Of a DNA stretch of 64,000 nt, positions 24,405 through 34,889 are shown piece by piece. Under the pieces are notes generated by a model, which worked only from the letters and a program-made list of their open reading frames with translations, had not been told where the DNA came from and searched no databases. The DNA is from Neoechinorhynchus agilis (lineage: Eukaryota; Animalia; Acanthocephala), in NCBI GenBank assembly GCA_051530055.1, contig CM121341.1, forward strand, positions 18,516,784-18,580,783. The letters are read 5' to 3'. Numbering within the stretch: position 1 is the stretch's first letter; each line of letters opens with the position of its first letter. The position numbers and the translations under genes were made by a program.

Positions 24405-25700
24405 GTTTATTGAAAATACAAAAGGCTAGGAGGACTCATGTACCTTTGGGTCCTCCCTCATCCATTAATATGGGAATATCCAGTCGAAGGATGTCCGTTC
24501 GGGGGATAAAGTCTGGCCGGAGGGATGCCTAATAGGGTGGGAACTATCAAGTCCGTTCGGGTGATGATGTGTCCGTTCGTTTGAGAATATCCGGTCGGGT
24601 TGGAATGTCTGTTCTGGTGGGAATTGGAGTTTATTGCTTGCAGGAGCGCTTAGAAGGCTGGTCTTTCCTCAAAATCATTTCCGGTTATGATATCCGAGAA
24701 GATTGGGCAGCATGGAAAAAGGAGCGTAGATATAGTGAGGGTGAAACGAATTAGGATTACGAGTGTTGTGCTCGTGTGAAAAGGGGGCGATATGTGGAAG
24801 AAATTGTGGCGGTGGGGTTGAGAGGCGTTTTGATTGTTTTAAGAAAACAGTACCAAGGCATTCAGTGAGAGGGGGGAAAGTCAGTTGTGGAAATTCTAGA
24901 TGCTCTTTTGTGAAACATTTCAAGACGGTGGATTAGCGATTTGGAATGGTTGCAAAATACGGTATAACCGCAGGTGAGGGATGGTACGATGAAGCAGAAG
25001 TAAAATTTGTAGAGGTCGGGTGAAGCGATTCCTAAATGTCGGAGGCGTTTGAGGAGATAAATTTTAAAAGTGTTGTGTTCGAGCGAGAGAATGATGTGCG
25101 AGTAACATTTCAAATTTGAATGAAATTGGATACTCAGAATTCTTTGGGAGGTTCCTCGTAGGATGTCATTAAGAAGCTCAGGGGATGATGTGGGGTTGCG
25201 GGAGAGAGGGGATCATTTCGAAGCATTTAAAGAAATTGAGATGGAGTTTGTGATTGGTGCAGAAATCTTTCATGTGTGTGATTTCTTTAGAGGTTAAAAA
25301 AAGGGAGAAGTAGGGTGGTGATCGTCAGCGTATAGGAAGAGTTTAGAGTGAGAGCTGGGAGTTTAAGGTTGTTTAGAAAAATATTAAAGAGAAGTGTGAC
25401 AGATCAACATCTTGAGGTGCGCCTTTGGTGGGGGATAGGCTGATAGAAGAGATAGACAGGCAGTGAATGTATTGTTTTCGATTGCCACAAGTTGAGACCG
25501 GTCCACTAAGTTGAAAACTTTAGATAAATCAAGTCGAATGAGACGGGTGACATATAAGGGATTATTGTCGAGGTTACGTAGAAGCGTGTCATAGATGAGA
25601 AGTAGGGCATCTGTTGCAGAAAATCTGGGTCGGAAGCCAAATTGTAGGGGCGATAACTTCTCGTGGAGAAGTAACTTTTCGTGGAGAAATAACTTTTCGT
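24405..25700 (-). mobile_element. L2/CR1-type LINE 3' portion with 3' UTR, degenerate
   Basis: YLLKRLRHLG...LYKFYFCFIVPSLTCG; 3' UTR shared with 60420-60690 (gaggacccaaaggtacatg...aataaacgtgttatta). Confidence 0.75.
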
Positions 25701-25703
25701 GGA
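25654..25703. repeat. Short tandem repeat, ~2.7 copies of a 19-20-bp unit
   Basis: taactt(t)c(t)cgtggagaa repeated head to tail. Confidence 0.8.
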
Positions 25704-25870
25704 ACGCTGGTTCGTGAAATTTTAACCAATTTTAACTTCACGGACGTGAACGTATAACTTAGCAATATAATCTACAAACGCTTCAATTTATTAAACGATT
25801 TTGCTAGCCACGTTTTACATTGAAGCATGTATGGTGTGCGTGTTCATAATGCGCTTAGTATGTCGATGGT

Positions 25871-26071
25871 TCAACGCCACCGGTCGCTGGGTTCCACGGG
25901 TGTGCTAGGCTGCTGGAAGGGTGGGGCGTCAGGTTTGAGATCGTCCATCGGCCCCAAAAGTGGGTTGGCCCTGGCCCTTCGGGTGCGGCTAAGCGCATCC
26001 GATGTGTGCAAGTCAGCCGAAAGGCTCCCAAAAAGGAATACAGCCAAAATGCTCAAAAGAAGATGTCGCAA
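25871..26071 (-). CDS. Possible small secreted prepro-peptide (start exon unresolved)
   Basis: Hydrophobic LLLSILAVFLFGSLSA then RTRRAR basic site and Pro-rich tail; ORF begins at TTG, so an upstream exon is needed. Confidence 0.35.
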   Translation of the reverse strand: MRHLLLSILAVFLFGSLSADLHTSDALSRTRRARANPLLGPMDDLKPDAPPFQQPSTPVEPSDRWR

Positions 26072-26467
26072 AGACCAATCAATCTCAAGAACATATCATG
26101 CGTACGTCTGACTGTAAGGATAAAAAAATGAACCATGTAGGCAAAAATATTTAACATGTTTTCGGTTCGTTCATGCGGGATAATATAGTTGGGAACAAAA
26201 ATCGCGCTCCAGCGAAACCGAAGGAAAAGTAACCGCCAGATCCTCCGGTTGATAAAGAACAACAACTAAGTTGGTTTGTCTGCAGATGAGACGGGAGTTC
26301 CCGCCGGTGTTTTGTGTGATAGTGTTTCCCAAAAAAATATGGAGGATTCTCCTACTCTATATAAAAAAACTGGCTCAAAAAAAGAGAGTTTCATTCTCCG
26401 AATACCTAAAGAATCCTTGGGAGAGATTTCTAAATAATCACTCCTCAAAAATTATGATGTCAATTAT

Positions 26468-29400
26468 GTGACCCCACGACAGGGTGCTTTACGCAACTTT
26501 TCAATCAAAAAATCGTTCGACACTAAGTTTTTCATGACGGTAGAGGGTAAGGACCTTTTCGCTTTAATGCTTAAAGATGCCAACATCAAAGCTGAGGATT
26601 TATCATTACGAGTCAGCTTTCTAATGCTTAACCCTCCAGCAGACTTGACGGTTTCAGACTTCGGGGAAATTGAAAAAGATTTAAATATAAAACTTATAAA
26701 ATATCTATTTCGAGAAGGCGGATCCAATGCATACGCCATACTATGCTCAGTGACCATTGATGTTGAGGACATAATATGTTGCTCAGAAATGGGTTTTTTC
26801 TCATAATATCAACTTCACAAGATACAGGGAATCTCTTCACGATTACACTCTTCTCGTCAAAGCTGTGCTCGTTGGGGGCATTTTACCCATCAATGCTCCT
26901 TTCCTCCAATATGTAGTGGCAGTTCTGAGGCTCATATCAAGTCTAAATGCCCGCAACCTCAAGTAGTGAAATGCCCTAATTGTGGTCAGAATCATCCTGC
27001 CTTCTCGAAAAAATGTGCAGCGGCTGTTCGATTTCTAAATGAATGCCTCTCGATTGCAAAAGAATCGGTCCCTAATTCTAAGTCAGTCGACACAATTCCC
27101 AAACAAAATGCCTGGACCAACTCCAGGCCGCCTCTAATAAAGGCTTCCGTCAAAGCCCTTGGCACATCCCTGTTTAAAGCGGGACATCATGGACCCACTA
27201 GTCTTGATTTTTTGATTCCATCCTCAGACTCTTCCCCTCAACTGGGTGAGTCATTCTCCATCTTTCTTCAGAGAATTTCTCAGCCCCCAAAAGCTGGATC
27301 ACATTTCTCATGACGATTTGGTTCCTGGTCTTATAAAAGAAATTAACCAACTAAGAGAACTAGTGAGCTCTCTTAATCAAATCATTAAAATGCATGGCCT
27401 GGCCATCCCAAATAAAAATGATAGTTCGGTTTATACAATTAACTCAGCAATTAAGAGGCTACACTCCCCTTCCCCTCAAGGAAACTGATTTAATAAGCAA
27501 GCGAGGGAGATCCTCTTCGTTCTCCGAGTAAATGACTAGCTCCCCTGGATGCACCTTCTCAACCTATAATGCTTCTAGAGCTCCGAACCTACCTTCTAAA
27601 ATTTTGCAAATTGTACCAGACACTTTGCCAGATATTATTTTTTCAAGACTCGGGATTTCGTACTCTTGTTAATCTTCAAATATACAAAGCTATTGTGCTG
27701 AACCCCCTGTCATCCTCGGGAAACTTGTTAATGGACTTCTCCGGTGGTTTACAAACTTTTGTTAAAAAGTCCCTAAAACCTAAAATGTTATTTCAACTCA
27801 AGAATGATATATTTGCAATACAAATAATTGCTATTAGGAACCCGCTTTACTCTATTAATCCATCAGCAGTTGAAATACTCATCATAGCGAATTTTTATGT
27901 CGTGCCAAGGAAAGTCAGCTGCTTTATAAAGAATCACATAAATATAATTACTTTATGGGACCTTGACATCATCTGTGGTGATTTTAACAGCAATGGCCTT
28001 TCTGCCTTTATTTCCTTTTTCAGGGAATATCAAGTGCTCCTCTCTGAGTATCCATCCTTTCATAATTATACTAAGAATCATAATTCCTTTTTGGACGGAG
28101 CTTTTATCAAAAAATCGATTGGGTCTAATTTTTGTCCTATCATCCAAGTTCAATCTCAACAATATTTAGGAAATGATTTAATTTTATTCGGAGTTGATCG
28201 AATTAAATTTAAAAGTCGTCTTGAGGTCAATACTCGATCCATTCAAGAATTTAATTCCCAAATATACTCACTCTTATCATCCAACAACACTATTACTTTA
28301 ACAAACTTAAATAATATAATTATTACCGCTATGAATACTCATCTCACTAAATGTCGTTTTATTAAGAGATACTTTATATCCAAACAAGCAATTTTTTGTA
28401 AATATTCTATACTTGGCAATTTGAGAAATGATGTGACCCTCCAGAAGGATGCTATTTCCAAATTCTTTTCTACAGTGTATCATGATTCCCTCGCTCGGGA
28501 TAAAAAGCGACTTTTATCCGTCCCAGCGTTCACTAAGGAACTTTCGAATATAATTCTTAAGCGGAGATTTATTTCTCGGAAATATTTAGCTGCAAATTGG
28601 ATTGGCACAATTTCTTACCCAGTAGTAGTCGAACAAATTCTTAATGCTCACACATTCTCTGTCTTCCCTCATCCATCCTTGTCCATCTTCACTAATAAAC
28701 ACTTTAGTTGGAACTTCACTACTACCGAGCTTTTAAAATTCTGGAAAATTAATTCTTCTGGGGCAAATAACTTTTCTAGTTCCCCCTTAATTTTTTCACT
28801 AGTCTCCGAAGAGAATAAGATCCTTTTCTTTGAAAATTTTTACGACAAAATCAATATAAATGACTTAATCGAGATGAATATTGTCAGGAAAATTATTATC
28901 CCCAAAGTTAAATCAAAAATTAGTACCCTTTCTCACATACGGGTAATCGCCATACAAAATCCAATAATTTCCTTCTTCGAAAAAATCATCAATTCCAGAC
29001 TAATCAGCTTTCTGAAAAGCAAAAATATTATTCCCCGGTCTTTTCATGGCTTCATTTCGGGTCGTGGTGTTCACTCATTTTTTTACTGAATTGCACTTCC
29101 TTAATGAAAAATACGTGAATGTAAATAAATTTTTAATTCAACTGGATTTGAATAAAGCATTCGACTCAATCGATAGACGACTAAGTAGGACTTTCCTCTT
29201 AAATCATATAGATTCCTTTTTAATGAGGTTACAGGATGGCCTCAAGGAAGGTAATTTAGTCGTTAATCCATCAAAAACAGTTATCCTACCACTTACTAAA
29301 TCTTACTCCTCTAGGGCTCAATTGAAAAAAGATCTGACTGCGCATTCAACATTTTCAGCTTTTTTAGTCAAGAAACAACCGAATACTTGGCATACATTTT

Positions 29401-30010
29401 CCATCAAATACGCAAAAGCATGAAATCTCTTGAATCGTATGCTTCGCCTTGGGTTCACTTTTAATTATATTTATGGAATTTTAATTACGCTTTAAGGAGG
29501 TTCATTATGTTTTTTTGCAAGGGGACGTCCTCCTGAATTTCGATTTGCCTTTTTCAATCATTTTATTAAAAAACTGAAGAACATTTTAAAAAGTCATCGT
29601 TCCCAAATCGAAGTCTCTTTTCGGTCTTACACTGTATTTTTTTTGACTAAAATCTGGTATTATTCTCCTCATTTTCCAGCCAATATTTTTTAACAATGAA
29701 ATTTATTCTCTTTAAAAGCGAGGGCACTAAATATCAAGCCTGATCAAATTCTGATAAAACTTCATCCCACCAAAAAGCTTGACTTTTACACTTTATTTAC
29801 TAATTTAATTCAAAAGGACAAACTGGAAATTATTGTGTAATTGAGTCCTTATTTTAGACCAGTAAACAAGTTAGTTTCTTCTGCTAAGGGAAAGGAGTCC
29901 GGGGGAGTACTGAGATCTACTCTGACTCGAGACTTTTCCTTTCTCTTCCTGCTACTAACATATACATTTAGATTTGGATAATGTATGCAAATTCATAGAT
30001 TCTTAAAAAA
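26468..30010 (+). mobile_element. Two-ORF LINE (gag-like CCHC ORF1, APE-RT ORF2), disrupted, internal RT deletion
   Basis: CPNCGQNHPAFSKKC knuckle; IICGDFNS (APE); IRVIAIQN..FFEKII, FHGFISGR, LDLNKAFDSID (RT); A-rich tail near 30005; second copy at 61130-63600. Confidence 0.85.
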
Positions 30011-30140
30011 AAAGACCTTTAGTATATGCGCAATAAATAAATAAAACATATTTAAAAAATTAGCTGCCGTACCTATTGAATCCAAAGCACACTTTAAATA
30101 CTAATGCGATATTTTCTAATCTAGTCAAAATAATACTAAT

Positions 30141-30607
30141 TTAGTGATTGGCAGTGCCAATCTTCTCTCCTTCTTCAGATAACATGGCGAACGGTTCAGT
30201 AATCTCTTCATCATCCGGTTCAATCTCCCAATATCCGACAGTGGCTGTGTCTTCTGGTAGACCCATGATTGAAAATACTTGCTTCCATAATTTGGCATAG
30301 TGATCCAAACCCGGTTTACCTTTCAGAACATACCGCCATGCTGTTCCTGGAGGAAAATTCAAAATGGTAAATATTTCGGGAAATGGTAAAACGTACTATT
30401 AGTGAGTCCATGCAGAGCTATGCCGTTTTCCTGAAAGTATTTCACTTGTTGTATCATGAGACCAACTTGTGGACCTATCATTCACGATATAGGATGCTGT
30501 TATAACGCAAAAAGCTTACTATATGATTCTGAAGTACGAGGATCAGGTGTTGTGAACGGATTAACCAATGTTAAGATAATAAAGAAAGGAATAAGAGCAG
30601 CTAACAT
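30141..30607 (-). CDS. Small secreted orphan protein, 123 aa, 3 exons (30607-30520, 30474-30397, 30346-30141)
   Basis: Manual assembly through two phase-1 GT-AG introns (gtaagc..gatag 45 nt; gtacgt..ctccag 50 nt) gives MLAALIPFFIILTLVNP...GEKIGTANH* with no stops. Confidence 0.75.
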
Positions 30608-30749
30608 GTTGAGCTCGTGGAAATCACAAATTATTATGTAAGGTTCTCTCTATAGCTAAAATGGATCGGTTACAGCTGTGTCGGTTCAAACACTCGTATG
30701 GCAAATGTTTATTATGCAAACAATGTAAACAATCCAATGCTTGTTTAGG

Positions 30750-32280
30750 TCTTTACCCGATAAATAATTTTTTATTAAAGACGTTTCCAGCCTCGTAGGG
30801 TTCAGTTTTCACAAGCACGCGAGTTCATTTTAGGCGGAATAACCTACTGGCAGCGGTCAATCTTCCGATCTAAAGTTTCGTAAACATGTATTCGATTACG
30901 ACAAAAGTAAATAATCTCAATAAAGAATTTAAATTCAGAAAATCGCCCATGACCATCCGCACGTATTTTTATGCACAATTATCACTAGCGCCACAAATCT
31001 AACTCGCGTGGATAGTTTCTCCGTCGCTGTGGCACACCGAGTGGTGCTTTGCCCATGGTGTGGCCATGATTTCGCGCGTTCGTTTCAGTGCGTTGCGGAT
31101 GCGTTCTGTCAAATAATGACCAAAGCCTTTCAGTTTTCCTCATGTAAATGAACTCACGTTTGCCATCAGCCATTGCTTAGAGTGCAAATCGAATCTTGTC
31201 GGCCATTTGTGTCCATGGACTTCCATGGTGCGTGCGCACACATCAATCTATTTCCTGCGTTTCATGATGTCCAGTTCTTGTCAGGATTCGCCTAAGTGCA
31301 AGATCGCTTCTCTTGGCAATCCGGGCATCCATTCTCGATCGTCGCAGCAGCCTTCGAACGTCACTAGTGAACTTTTCACTGATATATGGAATCTTGAGAA
31401 TCGGTTTTCCTCCATATAAATTCGTTGAACGATCATCGTTCCTTTTCTTGTCTCTCTTGAATCACACCGCTGCTGGGACGTGAATATTCATTATAAGCGA
31501 AAATTGTGTTCACTCTGTCTATCGCTAATCGCTTCGCCGTTAATGAGGGTAAACAAACCAGTGCTGTCCTGTGCATCTCAGCAAATGCATTACTATCCTT
31601 TATGGCACGGTTTGCGATACCTACTGAAATCAATGACATTAATTAAAAGGTACAGCAGATAAACCGATGGTTTGTCTCGCGTCACCTTAATCCCACCAGT
31701 AGGATCCATAGAATTCAACATCTTCTTCACATCATCGACCTTGTGAACTGGAGGTAAATCTGGCTGTATAAGGATGCGCTGTTTTTTCAAATCATTGAGA
31801 AAAATAAATGCCAATACAGGAGCAAGGCTCTGGCTGTATAAGGATGCGCTGTTTTTTCAAATCATTGAGAAAAATAAATGCCAATACAGGAGCAAGGCTG
31901 TTTCCATTTGACAGTCCACGAATTTGTCTATAAAGTTTTTCGTCATATTGAAAAATGTTGCACTCTAAAATCATAGACCGATTATTTCGGCAGTCACTGG
32001 ACTTGCGTACCGATTATCACGCTTCCTGGTGATGGCGATCAGTCCACTGCTTCAGAGAACGAGTTCATGTCTCCGAAAACGCGATGCATTGAGTTAAATG
32101 ATAGCCAGGTCATGTCTCTTGATTTTGTCGCGCTCTATACGAACGTCGACAATGAGGGAACGGTAAAAGAACTCGAGAAGGGGTTGAATGAGAACGAAAA
32201 TGACTTAAACCTATTCTTAATTCTGCCAACGAACGTGATTCGGCTCACTAGAATGGTATTGGAGCACAACCTCTTACACC
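30750..32280. mobile_element. Penelope-like element fragments: minus-strand RT to GIY-YIG to pLTR, plus an inverted RT fragment
   Basis: Minus: YRQIRGLSNGNSLAPVLAFIF, LKIPYISEKF, EFIYMRKTER; plus: SLDFVALYTNVD; 70-bp tandem duplication at 31760-31899. Confidence 0.8.
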
Positions 32281-32679
32281 AGGCAAAAAAGTGGCGACGT
32301 TTGTACACTCCATAGTTGTGCTGAGGTGGCCAAGTTGAATAAAAGCTCTTGATTCCAGTTTGGGTCAACGGGTTCGAATACGTCACCGCTGATGACGCAC
32401 AACCAAAGGGGACGAAATACCGATGAAGGGAAAAAACTTACTGATGAGTCTCGCCTCCTGAAGATATCTGAGGGATCCAGAGGTATGTACAAAGTCATAA
32501 CCGATTGTTTCAGGGCATTAAGTGATTTCATGCGCTTCCCTGAACCAGATCGGTAGGCCGTGTGCGCAAATTCAGCCGTATAGGAAAAATTAATTTACAC
32601 TGATAAATGTGATCGCCTGAGCAATGTATACGCTAAATAAACATGTTCATTGTTTACTTTTTGATAGCGAATTATAATA

Positions 32680-32735
32680 ATTGAATTATTTATTTGATAA
32701 TTTTCGGCCTTCGAGTAGGCCTTCTTCAGTCTATT
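32680..32735 (-). ncRNA. Hammerhead-ribozyme-like motif (stem I degenerate)
   Basis: CTGAAGA-A-GGCCT/AGGCC stem II-GAAA-ATTAT/ATAAT stem III-TC; stem I does not pair well. Confidence 0.45.
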
Positions 32736-32779
32736 GTTTTGATTCCTCGAAAGTAGCTAAATAAACAGTTTTCAAAAGC

Positions 32780-34260
32780 TACTTGTACAACAACAATAAT
32801 TTTCATGCTTTTCTCTTCTCGGAGTCGGACAAAAACTTGCAGTAATATGACTTCACACACCCCTCCGCCCCGTTTCTTTCAAACGTCGGTCCTCAGCCAC
32901 ACAATTTTTCCGTCGCTTTCTCAGCCTTCCGCGATCCATTCGATTTTCATTTCCTAAACTTTTCGAATAAATCGATTCGGCTCTTCACGTTTCACCATAT
33001 CGCTATATTGGATCCTTCGTTTCGCGATAGCTTCCTTCACGTCCTCCACCTTCGCTGAGCCCCGGACCGCATTATTTGGGATCACGTTTTGCCTGGTCAC
33101 CCCACACATCCACCTCATCATGTTCATTTCGGCCACCTGCACTCGCTTGATGTGATTGGCAGTGGTGTTCCATGTATCCGCCCCATATAACATGGTTGGT
33201 CTGATAAAAGAGATAGAGCAGTTTAACTTTACTAAGCAAATCACTGAGCAATCAATAGTAGTGAAAATGTTCCACTTCATCCATCCGTTATTTATTCTCG
33301 ATGAAATCTCGGCGACGATATCGTTTTGCATCGACACTATAGAGCCTAGGCCCTTGAATTTGTCGAATTTCTGCAGGGAAATGCTTTCAGTTTTGGAAAT
33401 TTTTATACCTTGACTTTAAAGAGCTTCCCTCTATTTCCATAGGTCATTGTTGAGATCCTGGGAATTATAGCTGGAGAGGTCGATGTCGTCGGCAAAAAGC
33501 ATGTTCCATAGCGGACCTTTACTGATCGGTTTGCTGATTTCATCCATAGTGACTACAAACAAATAAGGGCTCAAAGCTGAACCTTGATGCAATTCCACGT
33601 TCATCGAGAAGCTATCCGTATTACCAACTGGCGTCTTTATATTCACTTTGCTCTGCCTGTATATGTCCTGAATCGCTTTGATATAAGTCTCGGGCAGAGT
33701 TTTCTTCTAATACAGTTCCATACCAGTTTTCTAGGGACAGTGTCATAGGCTTACGCTGTGTATTTCCCTTCGTTTTTCATAACCACATTATCCTATCACT
33801 TTTCCTATAGACTTCTAAGACTCCATCTGCATGTTTATCACTCAAGACAATTCCAACTCCATTTCGATCAGAAGATGAACCATTATAAAATAGTTTGAAG
33901 CCGTCTCCAAGATCCCGTGCTTTGGCTCCTTTCCATTTCAGCTTCTGGGAACACATAGACATTCAATCCTCATTCTCTTCATCATATGCACTATTTCCAT
34001 CGATTTACCCGTCATTGTCCCGACGTTTAAAGATCCAACTTTCAGTTTTCGTTCGCGTTTGGGTCTTTGTCCATTTGATAATTTATTCACAGAGATCGGA
34101 CCAGTTCTTTGTGCATTGCATACAGGGTAGGCCTAATCCTTGTGTGTTATACTGCTCATTTTTGGTTTTTATTCGTGCAAGGTTTTACGGTCGGATGCCA
34201 TTCCTGACACCAACCCTCCCCATTCATCGGGGTTTGGGACCGGCACCGAGTTTCCTCGGG
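32780..34260 (-). mobile_element. RTE-clade LINE remnant (5' UTR, APE start, RT, (TTG)n-like tail), internally deleted
   Basis: GFKLFYNG..RNGVGI (APE), LHQGSALSPYLF, LFADDI, RPTMLYGADTW..VAEMNMMRWMCG. Confidence 0.88.
34183..34250 (-). ncRNA. RTE 5' UTR motif compatible with an HDV-like ribozyme
   Basis: GCCGGTCCCAAACCC...GGTTGG-TGTC-AGGAAT-GGCA-T-CCGACC-GTAAAA: P4-like hairpin followed by a J4/2-like segment; full pseudoknot not verified. Confidence 0.45.
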
Positions 34261-34889
34261 GCTGGGTACAAAAGCTACCTGTACATTTCATAGCATGTTT
34301 CGGTTGAAAGGGAGAGCATTTAATCCTAGAATAGATTCTTATGCGGCATAATCAATCTTTAAAACGGAGGCGTCGCAACGAAGCAGGCAGCTAGACATCC
34401 ATGTTCAGCGCATCGACTAATTTGGTTTGTTTAGGCTGAATCGAAGAATGCACAAGCGCTCACAGTATCCACAATTTCCAAATCATATTCACGTGCGCGT
34501 TCGCGTTATTAAAAAATTAGATTTTTTCTTTTAAATTTGGTGCCTATTCGTCTCTATACAATTTTCATTTACAGCTTCGCCTCCTTGTTCGAAGCAAGTT
34601 TACATTTTAAATATTTTATCAATATTTTCGTTAACTTCGTTTTTGATATGCCGCGCAAAAATAGCTGAAACAGTGTAGACATTTTAAAATAGTTGTGATA
34701 AAAGAATGTTCAGTTTAATTGCATTTGTTAAACACGCAATTAAAGCGATCGGCTTGAGCTTGAAAATTAATTTGCCATGGATCTTCACGTCTTCTTTTTT
34801 TGTAGGATTAGTTATCCATGTTTAAATCGTCGAATAGCGAATAAATGCTGACGATTTTTTATAGAGGATTTGATTGCCAACATCCTACT

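Noticed and set aside
25654-25703. CRISPR-like array
   Set aside because: Head-to-tail repeats with no spacers, eukaryotic context, no cas genes
31760-31899. 70-bp exact tandem duplication
   Set aside because: Lies inside a dead Penelope RT; ordinary local duplication or assembly slip
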